From: a virus
Lineage: Duplodnaviria; Caudoviricetes
Virus record (IMG/VR): IMGVR_UViG_3300020045_003928
Span: 1 to 34,342 of that record
DNA: 34,342 nucleotides
Reading direction: 5' to 3' (one strand)
Shown piece by piece: positions 7,857 to 15,219 of the stretch. Below the pieces are notes generated by a model, which saw only the letters and a list, made by a program, of their open reading frames with translations, searched no databases and was not told the origin of the DNA. How positions within the stretch are numbered: the first letter of the stretch is position 1; each line of letters opens with the position of its first letter. The position numbers and the translations under genes were made by a program.

Positions 7857-8023
7857 ACATTTACTTAATGCAACGTATAGAAGCATTAGAAAAAGAAAAT
7901 TTAAGATTAAATAATGAATTAAAGAAAGTCAAAGAACTTGCTTTTAAAGTAAGATTAAGCGACCCTAATTTCGACAAGCCGTTAAAAGATATCGAAGTTA
8001 ATTATGAATTATTAAAACCATGA
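7844..8023 (+). CDS. 59-aa coiled-coil hypothetical protein
   Basis: Hand-translated MKEQNIYLMQRIEALEKENLRL... Confidence 0.65.
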   Translation: MKEQNIYLMQRIEALEKENLRLNNELKKVKELAFKVRLSDPNFDKPLKDIEVNYELLKP

Positions 8024-8145
8024 AAAAAGAAAAAACAATATTCTTAATATTAGGCATAGTATCAATATCCTGCTTAATTTTAAGTATAATTTCGTTAATG
8101 ATTTTAGAAATTAATCCTAACTATTTGAAAAATATATTACAATGA
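8020..8145 (+). CDS. 41-aa single-TM protein
   Basis: ATGA overlaps on both sides; hydrophobic core. Confidence 0.55.
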   Translation: MKKEKTIFLILGIVSISCLILSIISLMILEINPNYLKNILQ

Positions 8146-8276
8146 AAACAAGAATATTTACCCCGGACAAAGGATGGCATGATTTAAAAGTATATAGCTC
8201 GGAGGAGGTTATAGAGCTTTTAGAAAAAGCTAAAGAAATAGGAATTGATGAGATAATTAAAACGGTTAAAATATAA
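8142..8276 (+). CDS. 44-aa hypothetical protein
   Basis: MKTRIFTPDKGWHDLKVY...; stop lies inside the ATATAAC box of the first attC-like site. Confidence 0.55.
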   Translation: MKTRIFTPDKGWHDLKVYSSEEVIELLEKAKEIGIDEIIKTVKI

Positions 8277-8405
8277 CGTTTTGCAACTACACGTCTGTTG
8301 CGTAAAAATACAAAACTATTTTTCAGTTTAACACGGATATGAAAGGTACAAAACAATCACTAAATTAATCACAAATATAGCAATAGTGTGTAATTGCTGT
8401 TATAA
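8271..8405. other. attC-like recombination site 1
   Basis: ATATAAC ... GTTATAA ends; arms 8283-8301 and 8380-8397 pair with one bulged base. Confidence 0.7.
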
Positions 8406-8417
8406 CTCGTTTTTCTT

Positions 8418-8693
8418 ATGGAAGTTACAAGAAGAGTAAAACAAACTGGTGCTGATTTTATGAAAACACCAATAATTGATATTGCAGAATTAATAAAATT
8501 ACACGATGACTTCGTTTTCAATAAATTCAAAGAAGAATTTGAAAAAATAGGAATTGAAATAAAAAGCATTGATTGTATTAAAGAATTTAAAGAAGATTTA
8601 CTACAAGTTGATTTTGATGAAAGTATTAATGTTTTTTATAAAAAAGAACCTTTTTTAATTTATCCTTCTTTTAAGATGTGGTTGGGAAAATGA
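8418..8693 (+). CDS. Cassette 1 ORF, hypothetical 91 aa
   Basis: Bounded by GTTATAACTCGTTTT and AAAATGAGTTATAAC inverted ends. Confidence 0.75.
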   Translation: MEVTRRVKQTGADFMKTPIIDIAELIKLHDDFVFNKFKEEFEKIGIEIKSIDCIKEFKEDLLQVDFDESINVFYKKEPFLIYPSFKMWLGK

Positions 8694-8694
8694 G

Positions 8695-8818
8695 TTATAA
8701 CGCTTGTCGCTATAATTTCGGCATGGCTTAGAACTGTAAATTTTCTGCCGAAAACAAATTATTATTAACCACCGATAATTCCACTAAATAAAACGCTGAA
8801 ATATAGCGACTGTTATGC
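8695..8818. other. attC-like recombination site 2
   Basis: TTATAAC ... GTTATGC ends; arms 8706-8722 and 8795-8810 pair with one bulged A. Confidence 0.75.
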
Positions 8819-8860
8819 GTTCGGCTTTTTAAAACTAAATATTAATCAAAAAACAATAAA

Positions 8861-9178
8861 ATGAATACGGAAAAACAAAAAGAATTTTTAGAGTTAAAAA
8901 CTAAACTACTAAATGAAATTGAATATAGAGAAGGAGTTGTAAGACAATTAACTTTTGATTCAAGTAGAGAAAAAGGATTTGTTTCTACTTTTTTAAAAGG
9001 ATTTTTAAAACATAAAAAACAAGCTCCTAATTTATTTTGGAAAGACGGTGAAACTTATGGTAGATATTTAATTGATGTTGATAAAGAATTACATAAAGAT
9101 ATTGCATTAGCGTTTGAAAAATCAATTGAAAAACTAAAACGTGATTATAACGATTCGGTTCTGGAAGCTGACGCATAA
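8861..9178 (+). CDS. Cassette 2 ORF, hypothetical 105 aa
   Basis: Bounded by GTTATGCGTTCGGCTT and AAGCTGACGCATAAC; stop codon inside GCATAAC. Confidence 0.75.
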   Translation: MNTEKQKEFLELKTKLLNEIEYREGVVRQLTFDSSREKGFVSTFLKGFLKHKKQAPNLFWKDGETYGRYLIDVDKELHKDIALAFEKSIEKLKRDYNDSVLEADA

Positions 9179-9211
9179 CTATTCGCTAACGCCTATAAAT
9201 GTATTACAATT

Positions 9212-9391
9212 ATGCAATTATATACAAAAGTTAAAGTAATTAGAATTTCCGATTCGCAACACAAAACGCTTCAAAAAATGAAATCGTACAATGTTGATGT
9301 AGGTAAGTTCATACGTGATGCAATAGCTGAAAAGATAAATAAAGAGTATGAAAGTTTAAAGCCTAAAGTTAAAAATCAATGTCCTTTTTAA
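9212..9391 (+). CDS. 59-aa ribbon-helix-helix-like DNA-binding protein
   Basis: Hand-translated MQLYTKVKVIRISDSQHKTLQKMKSYNVDVGKFIRDAIAEKI...; beta-helix-helix pattern. Confidence 0.65.
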   Translation: MQLYTKVKVIRISDSQHKTLQKMKSYNVDVGKFIRDAIAEKINKEYESLKPKVKNQCPF

Positions 9392-9677
9392 AATAAAATA
9401 TATGAAAAAAGTAATTAACACGCTCGAAAAGAGTATCGAACTCGCAAAAGAATTAAATGTCAATAGTTATACTATTGTGAAAGATGGATTTGTAATAAAT
9501 GTAAAAATAAAGTAGAAATTATAATTAAAATAGAAACGCGTTATTATGGAATCGGATTTTTTTTACTAATTATTAATCAATAAAAACAAAATATAAAATG
9601 GGAATAGCTATAATAATATGCTGTATAATAGTACCTTTCTTAGCTGAAATAATGACTTATTTTCTAAAAAAGTAAAT

Positions 9678-9794
9678 ATGAAAAAGTTAATAAAAATACT
9701 TCTATTATATTGTTTTGAGTGTGAAATAGAAACTGAAACAAAAGAAAATAAAAACGGACAATTGTATTGTTCGCAATGCGGACTAAAACATTAA
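9678..9794 (+). CDS. 38-aa zinc-ribbon peptide
   Basis: CFEC...CSQCG, hand-translated. Confidence 0.55.
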   Translation: MKKLIKILLLYCFECEIETETKENKNGQLYCSQCGLKH

Positions 9795-9814
9795 ATTATA
9801 ACAGAAAAAAAATT

Positions 9815-10027
9815 ATGAAAACAGTAATTCAAGAATTAATAGATGATTTAATAAAAGGAAATGTAAAGCCTGACGGGTATTATATTGAAAAAGAAAAGCA
9901 ACAAATTTTAAATTCTCATTATGATGCCGCAATACAAATCATAAAAATAAAATTTACTGATAAAGTAGAACTATGCATCGATGATTTCGAGGATGCAGAA
10001 CAATACTACAACGAAACATTTAATTAA
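9815..10027 (+). CDS. Hypothetical protein
   Basis: MKTVIQELI...AEQYYNETFN; start at the ATG after an A-rich leader. Confidence 0.7.
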   Translation: MKTVIQELIDDLIKGNVKPDGYYIEKEKQQILNSHYDAAIQIIKIKFTDKVELCIDDFEDAEQYYNETFN

Positions 10028-10042
10028 TAAAAAATATAAAAT

Positions 10043-10438
10043 CTAAACCCTAACCTTCGGCAAATAAAACCATAAAAAAACAAATAAACATAATATAAAA
10101 AACAGGCTTGTATAGTCTGTTTTTTTTATTTCCTTAGTCTTTGTTATCTCAATTGTTTTAGTTATTGTTTGTCTATTGCAAATCGTTTTTGTGGCTACAT
10201 TATGTTTAGTTTTATCTTTTGTAATCACAACATTTTTATATTCTTTACCGTTTAAAAACATTGATTTACTATTATCAAATGGTTTGATTGTGAATATATC
10301 GTTTAAGATAGTTTCTTGCTTTAAAATAACATCGTTGTTAGTCGTGATAGTTCCTGATTCAATCGTGCTTTTATTTAGCTTAACGTCACGTGTGGTTGAG
10401 CATGAAATGAATAATAGTATAATGGATAAGTATTTCAT
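10043..10438 (-). CDS. Putative unimolecular spanin (lipoprotein)
   Basis: Lipoprotein signal with Cys13, T/K-rich middle, C-terminal TM; follows the endolysin. Confidence 0.65.
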   Translation of the reverse strand: MKYLSIILLFISCSTTRDVKLNKSTIESGTITTNNDVILKQETILNDIFTIKPFDNSKSMFLNGKEYKNVVITKDKTKHNVATKTICNRQTITKTIEITKTKEIKKTDYTSLFFILCLFVFLWFYLPKVRV

Positions 10439-10439
10439 A

Positions 10440-10904
10440 TTATTCTTTTATTTCAAAGTGCATCCAATCGTAATTCTTTTCACGCCCTAATGAAACAAAA
10501 CCATGTTTGTAAAATATATCAATCATTGGTTTATATTCTGGTCGTGCGAAACGTGCTGTTTTTGATGTTTCTTTTAATAGATTCCTTTCTGGGTCTAAAT
10601 CGATAGCTATCCCCCAGCCATGTCTTGAATAATCGTTACCGCCTCTCATTTTACGGAAATTATAACAACCTCCGTAAATATCAATACCTAACTCTTTTAT
10701 TTTTTCAAGTCCGTAATAATGTAGTATTTCTTTAAATATCAATTCTAACTTATCAGAAACTAATTTATGACAAGTTATTTTATTTACAAAAACATTTTTA
10801 TCCCATGCTAATTTCATAGGGTAAGGTAAATTTAGAACCGTTAAATAGTTTGGTTTTTCGGTAGGAAATCCGTATTTCTTAATTGCGTTTTGTGTTGTTA
10901 TCAT
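10440..10904 (-). CDS. Endolysin, M15 family zinc peptidase
   Basis: R...[10 protein letters not shown] and DWMHFE motifs. Confidence 0.88.
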   Translation of the reverse strand: MITTQNAIKKYGFPTEKPNYLTVLNLPYPMKLAWDKNVFVNKITCHKLVSDKLELIFKEILHYYGLEKIKELGIDIYGGCYNFRKMRGGNDYSRHGWGIAIDLDPERNLLKETSKTARFARPEYKPMIDIFYKHGFVSLGREKNYDWMHFEIKE

Positions 10905-11212
10905 AATTCGTCTTTTGGTTGTAAAAATTCGTTATGCCATTTTTTATAAAAGTTAGCGTTTTTCTTTTCTAATAATTCCTGCTCTAATATTTCGCTTCTT
11001 GTCTTGCTGTCTCTTATATAAGTTCTTAGCTTATAATAAGCAAAAAATACCCCTATTAAGGTTAATAGGAACTGCACAAAGTTAGTAGCGTTTGATAAAT
11101 AAAACTCCCCAAATGTAAGCTTTTTTACAACGTCAATTAATGTAAAAGAGTATAAGCAATAGAAACTATAATTTAGCGTGTTGTATAGCCATTTTATTAT
11201 ATGCATAATCAA
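10901..11212 (-). CDS. Membrane protein, holin candidate
   Basis: Hydrophobic segments and charged C-tail; directly upstream of the endolysin. Confidence 0.55.
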   Translation of the reverse strand: MIMHIIKWLYNTLNYSFYCLYSFTLIDVVKKLTFGEFYLSNATNFVQFLLTLIGVFFAYYKLRTYIRDSKTRSEILEQELLEKKNANFYKKWHNEFLQPKDEL

Positions 11213-11510
11213 AGATTTGGGAGGTAATAATTAACAAATATAAGAAAAAATAAAGTTGCTCGTTTAACAATTCGTAAACACTGTTTAGAAAAATAATAGC
11301 AATTATACATCTTATCAGATAAATGTTATCTCTTGTGGGTAAAAAGAAATAATGTAATAATGAAATTGCACATAAAAAAGTATCAATTAAATCAAATGTG
11401 AAAAAATTATCACTATAAAACCGACTATTTTTTAAGAACAAAAAACAAAAAACCCAATTACCCACTATAATAATAGGTAAGTAATTGAGTATTTTATCAA
11501 TAGTTTTCAT
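11166..11510 (-). CDS. Multi-pass membrane protein
   Basis: About 4 hydrophobic segments, in the lysis cluster. Confidence 0.6.
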   Translation of the reverse strand: MKTIDKILNYLPIIIVGNWVFCFLFLKNSRFYSDNFFTFDLIDTFLCAISLLHYFFLPTRDNIYLIRCIIAIIFLNSVYELLNEQLYFFLYLLIITSQIFDYAYNKMAIQHAKL

Positions 11511-11746
11511 TATGTTTTCTTGGGTCTTGGAAGTCCTACGCTGTCTGCTTCAGCGAAAGCCTGCGGTGCGTTTGGTTTATTTTTATCTGACGCTAAATAA
11601 CCAATCAATACTAATCCAATAGCTAAAAGTAATTGACTCCCTGATTTATCTGTAAAAGCTCCGTTATTATAAGCCTGAATTAATGCATCAATTAATAAAG
11701 GTAATCCCGTAATTAATCCCGCTAAAGTTGTTTTTAAGTTTTTCAT
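11510..11746 (-). CDS. Two-TM protein, holin candidate
   Basis: MKNLKTTLAG...LIGYLASD; first gene of the lysis cluster. Confidence 0.6.
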   Translation of the reverse strand: MKNLKTTLAGLITGLPLLIDALIQAYNNGAFTDKSGSQLLLAIGLVLIGYLASDKNKPNAPQAFAEADSVGLPRPKKT

Positions 11747-11774
11747 TTGTTTTAAATTTGATTTATTGTAAATA

Positions 11775-14135
11775 TTACATTGTTGCTGATGTTACTTTTT
11801 GCCAAGACGTCGTGTAAAAACAAAGAGTATCTAAGTCCGTATTGAATACAGTCAATCCCTTTACTGGCGACGATATAGCGTTTATTTGCGCGGTTGTCAT
11901 TCTCGGCAATAAAACCCCTTGTGTAGTGCTGCTTATTGTTAATTTTGAACTTGAAATATCTGTTGTAGTGCCTATTAATACATTATTCGTAGTAGCGTTA
12001 ATTGTGAATGCTTCTAACGATGAAACCTCGTTAAATATAGAATAATCGTTTCTACTTGACCTAACTCCTACGCTCCAATTATAAGTAGTTCCTGTTTTAA
12101 AGTAAAATCTCGCAGCATTAGTACTCGCATTCCTTGTCATTGCAAACCCAGTATTACCAGTAGTTCTAACCTCTAAATTTTCAGCAGGCGAAGTTGATGC
12201 GTTACCAATACCTACGTTAGTTCCGTTATCCGTAATCGTACTATTTGCAATTTGACCGTTTGTAGTTGCTTTTAAAACGAAATTAGAGGTTAAAGAACTT
12301 CCTTTTAAAGTAGTCGCTTTTAAACTTCCATTTATTTGCAAATCATCTGTTAAATTATCGATAGCATTATTTATTAAAACACGCCCCTCAACTGGAATTG
12401 TAATTCTCGGAGTTCCGTTTGGTGTTTTAAATTTTGTAGACCAATCTGAATTAAATTCTAACCTTTCTATTTTTGTTAATACTCCTAAATAGTCACCTTC
12501 TTGTATTAACGCCAATCTTGTAGGGGCAACTAATGGGTTGCTTGGATAATAAGGCATTGAAGCTGCTAAAAACATAGAGTTAGCAAAAGGAGTGCCAACA
12601 GCTCCATTTTGATAACCAATAGCCCCCATCTCTCCATCGGTATTTGATAGAAATCGTATAGCTGACGGTACTTGTGAAAGAACGCCTAAATAAGTACTTT
12701 TATTTTGAATTGCTAATACGTTCGCATCGTAAAAATGAGAACTCCCATCATATGCAGTTGTATTGACTATTAAGCTTTCTCCTGTTGTATTTTCAATTCT
12801 TACCGCACTTCCCTTAATGGATAAATCAGCGTTGAAACTATCGCTCGGATGCCCTATAACATCACTTGTCGGAGTGCCTACCGATATTTTGTTAAATGCT
12901 TTTTTATCTGATATTGTTTGGTCGCCTAACAATTTAACCACGCCAGCATTAACCGCATCAACAGTTGGATATTTAGTTCCTGTACCGTCAGTTGTTAAGT
13001 CGTTTTGTTTATTACTTTTCAACTCATACCCAGCATCCACAACCGAAAATGGCACTGGCAATAACGTTCTTACAGGCGAAGCACCTCCGAATTGAAATTG
13101 ATATACTGGGTCAGAACCGCCTGCAATACGGTTAGCGTAACTTTTAATAACAATTCTATCTGTCGCAACAAAATCACCGTCATCCCATAATCCCGACGCT
13201 GTAAATTCTGAATACCCACCATCTACAACTGGCTCGCTTGTACTTGATGTACATATTAACGTTTCAACACCTGCTAAATCTCGGTGGTAAACTTCAAAGT
13301 AAAATGTAGCAGAACCCGAACCGCTTAAATGTCGTATATTTCCAAAAGTAGTGATATTAAAAACACCCGGTTGCCCTATTAAGACTCCTGCATCTGAAAT
13401 TCTTCTTGATATTAATTGACCAACTCCCGTAATAGTTGGAGTAGAAACATCAACAGCCGTTGAATTATACCTAACATCGTGTATATCTTTAACCATTACA
13501 ACATATCCACTTACGTCACTTGTTGTTGTAGTTGGGTATAGTGTCAGATTAGTCGGTAAATCTGAAATATTAAGCTTCAAGTCTAAAGCGTCGTGTGTTG
13601 CTTTTTCGTTAGGGTATAGAGTTGTTGAATATCCTGTTATATCTGATATTTTATTTGTAACATCTTCGGAATCGGCTACATTTGCTTTTAATGTTAAAGC
13701 TTCATAAACAGCATCTTCGCTTGGAGTAGTCGAAATAAAACCATCTCTTATAAATTGTGTAATCCCCGCCAACTCTACATTAATAGGAATTTCGACACCT
13801 ATAAACCAATAAGAGCCATTACTTACTATTGCATTAAGTTCTTCAGTACATATAATAGTTGAGCCACCTACTACATTGTAATAAGTTCCTTTTCCAACCA
13901 AAATAAATTCTTGCTGTGTTGTAGTCGGTAGTGTTTGACCGTCAGTTACCGAAACAGCTCTAAAACCTACACCGTCAGTAGAGCCAATAAAAGCACTTAT
14001 AAAAGTTGCTAAATCTTCGATAGTGCCTCGTTTCAATTCAGTACCTACTTCATGAGGCACGTTATCTGTTAAACTAAATGGCTCTGGCGACAGTTCGCCT
14101 ACTCTAATTGTACTTACTGCGTTTGGGTCTATCAT
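11775..14135 (-). CDS. Tail fibre / receptor-binding protein
   Basis: 786 aa; fibre repeats (NVGIG, VLIGTT, KYPTVDAV) and C-terminal GVLLPRMTTAQ module; last tail gene. Confidence 0.8.
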   Translation of the reverse strand: MIDPNAVSTIRVGELSPEPFSLTDNVPHEVGTELKRGTIEDLATFISAFIGSTDGVGFRAVSVTDGQTLPTTTQQEFILVGKGTYYNVVGGSTIICTEELNAIVSNGSYWFIGVEIPINVELAGITQFIRDGFISTTPSEDAVYEALTLKANVADSEDVTNKISDITGYSTTLYPNEKATHDALDLKLNISDLPTNLTLYPTTTTSDVSGYVVMVKDIHDVRYNSTAVDVSTPTITGVGQLISRRISDAGVLIGQPGVFNITTFGNIRHLSGSGSATFYFEVYHRDLAGVETLICTSSTSEPVVDGGYSEFTASGLWDDGDFVATDRIVIKSYANRIAGGSDPVYQFQFGGASPVRTLLPVPFSVVDAGYELKSNKQNDLTTDGTGTKYPTVDAVNAGVVKLLGDQTISDKKAFNKISVGTPTSDVIGHPSDSFNADLSIKGSAVRIENTTGESLIVNTTAYDGSSHFYDANVLAIQNKSTYLGVLSQVPSAIRFLSNTDGEMGAIGYQNGAVGTPFANSMFLAASMPYYPSNPLVAPTRLALIQEGDYLGVLTKIERLEFNSDWSTKFKTPNGTPRITIPVEGRVLINNAIDNLTDDLQINGSLKATTLKGSSLTSNFVLKATTNGQIANSTITDNGTNVGIGNASTSPAENLEVRTTGNTGFAMTRNASTNAARFYFKTGTTYNWSVGVRSSRNDYSIFNEVSSLEAFTINATTNNVLIGTTTDISSSKLTISSTTQGVLLPRMTTAQINAISSPVKGLTVFNTDLDTLCFYTTSWQKVTSATM

Positions 14136-14692
14136 AATTTCATTATCATTAATGTTACTAAATAAGGCGATTGAACATCGAAGGAAATTGCACTTGTTGT
14201 AGCACTTGCTTTTTTAACCGATTCTAAAAACTCGCCACTTTCATTTTGCCCTGAAGATACTATTAATAGTCCTGCTGTGCCTCCGCCTGTATCTGCTCCT
14301 ACTCCATAACCTGAAATTGGTATCGACAAAGAGCGTGCATTTGAGCCACCTGTAAAACCCACAAAACTATTAACCGTTCCGTATCCAATAGTCCCTCTGC
14401 CGTCTCTATTTTTCGTTCCGTTATTTCCGTTACAAATTGCAAATCCTTCGCATAAATTAATTCCTAATCCCGTTTCGTCAAAATTATCTGTTATATATTG
14501 GGTTGTTACATCCATTTCTATAACTTCATACTGTAATTTGCCAACCAAAGGACGTAATAAATCTAAAAGTTGTTGTACTGTACCGCTTTTCAAATCCGTT
14601 CCAACTTCATGCGGGATTAAATCGGTAAGCAAAAACGGTTCTGGTGCTAATTCCCCAACTCTTACCGTTGTTATTAAATCAGGATTTATCAT
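14132..14692 (-). CDS. Short tail fibre / collar-domain protein
   Basis: GFAICNGNNGT...RDGR...QSPYLV collar motifs; N-terminus shared with the 786-aa fibre. Confidence 0.75.
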   Translation of the reverse strand: MINPDLITTVRVGELAPEPFLLTDLIPHEVGTDLKSGTVQQLLDLLRPLVGKLQYEVIEMDVTTQYITDNFDETGLGINLCEGFAICNGNNGTKNRDGRGTIGYGTVNSFVGFTGGSNARSLSIPISGYGVGADTGGGTAGLLIVSSGQNESGEFLESVKKASATTSAISFDVQSPYLVTLMIMKL

Positions 14693-15201
14693 ATTTCTTT
14701 TGTTCTTAAAATTACATTCTCGTCTCCGTTGTTTATGATTACATCGGGATTTCCATTATTTAAAACTGTCGTTCCTAAACTTGCAGTCAAAGGTTTACCA
14801 AATCCAATAGCCGAACCGCTAAAAGATATTAATTCGCCAACCGTATTTGGGTCGGATAATGAATTAATATAGCATTTTCCATAATCAACAATTGGATAAA
14901 TACTACCTTGAAATTTCCATCCTAACAATATCCTATCGCGCTTTAATTGTTTTAATCTGTCTAAACTTGCTACATTAAAATTTCCACCCGCTACCGTTGA
15001 ATTTAACTGCAAGCCCGCAAATGATATGTTATAAGATTGTCCTATTGGTCTTGAAGTATTCCAACCCTCATTATCTCGTGTTGTAGTATCTAAAAACTCG
15101 CTTGTTTCTTCAAGTGAATTTTCAGTCAAACAACCAACCGGCAACCAGCTATTGTTTATCTTAAAGTATAAAATCCTATCTTCTCCGTTTATAAATTCCA
15201 T
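14689..15201 (-). CDS. Tail tube-like protein (second paralog)
   Basis: VGCLTENSLEE...DTTTRDNEGW...SFSGSAIGFG, TP901-1-type tail tube pattern. Confidence 0.7.
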   Translation of the reverse strand: MEFINGEDRILYFKINNSWLPVGCLTENSLEETSEFLDTTTRDNEGWNTSRPIGQSYNISFAGLQLNSTVAGGNFNVASLDRLKQLKRDRILLGWKFQGSIYPIVDYGKCYINSLSDPNTVGELISFSGSAIGFGKPLTASLGTTVLNNGNPDVIINNGDENVILRTKEI

Positions 15202-15205
15202 ATCA

Positions 15206-15213
15206 CAAATATA
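15206..15213 (-). promoter_or_regulatory. TATATTTG 4 nt upstream of ATG (leaderless candidate)
   Basis: TATATTTG-TGAT-ATG. Confidence 0.6.
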
Positions 15214-15219
15214 ATAAAA

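Noticed and set aside
8117-8569. Minus-strand ORFs 8117-8356 and 8369-8569
   Set aside because: They overlap the coupled plus-strand gene string and the attC-like hairpin. A TATATTTG at 8372-8379 could give antisense RNA, but coding is unsupported.
8271-8818. Hairpins read as Rho-independent terminators or CRISPR repeats
   Set aside because: Loops are over 70 nt, there is no U-tract after the stem, and the two elements share structure but not sequence.
11775-14692. Diversity-generating retroelement or invertible fibre cassette
   Set aside because: No reverse transcriptase or invertase; the shared segment is an N-terminal direct paralogy without an adenine-specific mismatch pattern.
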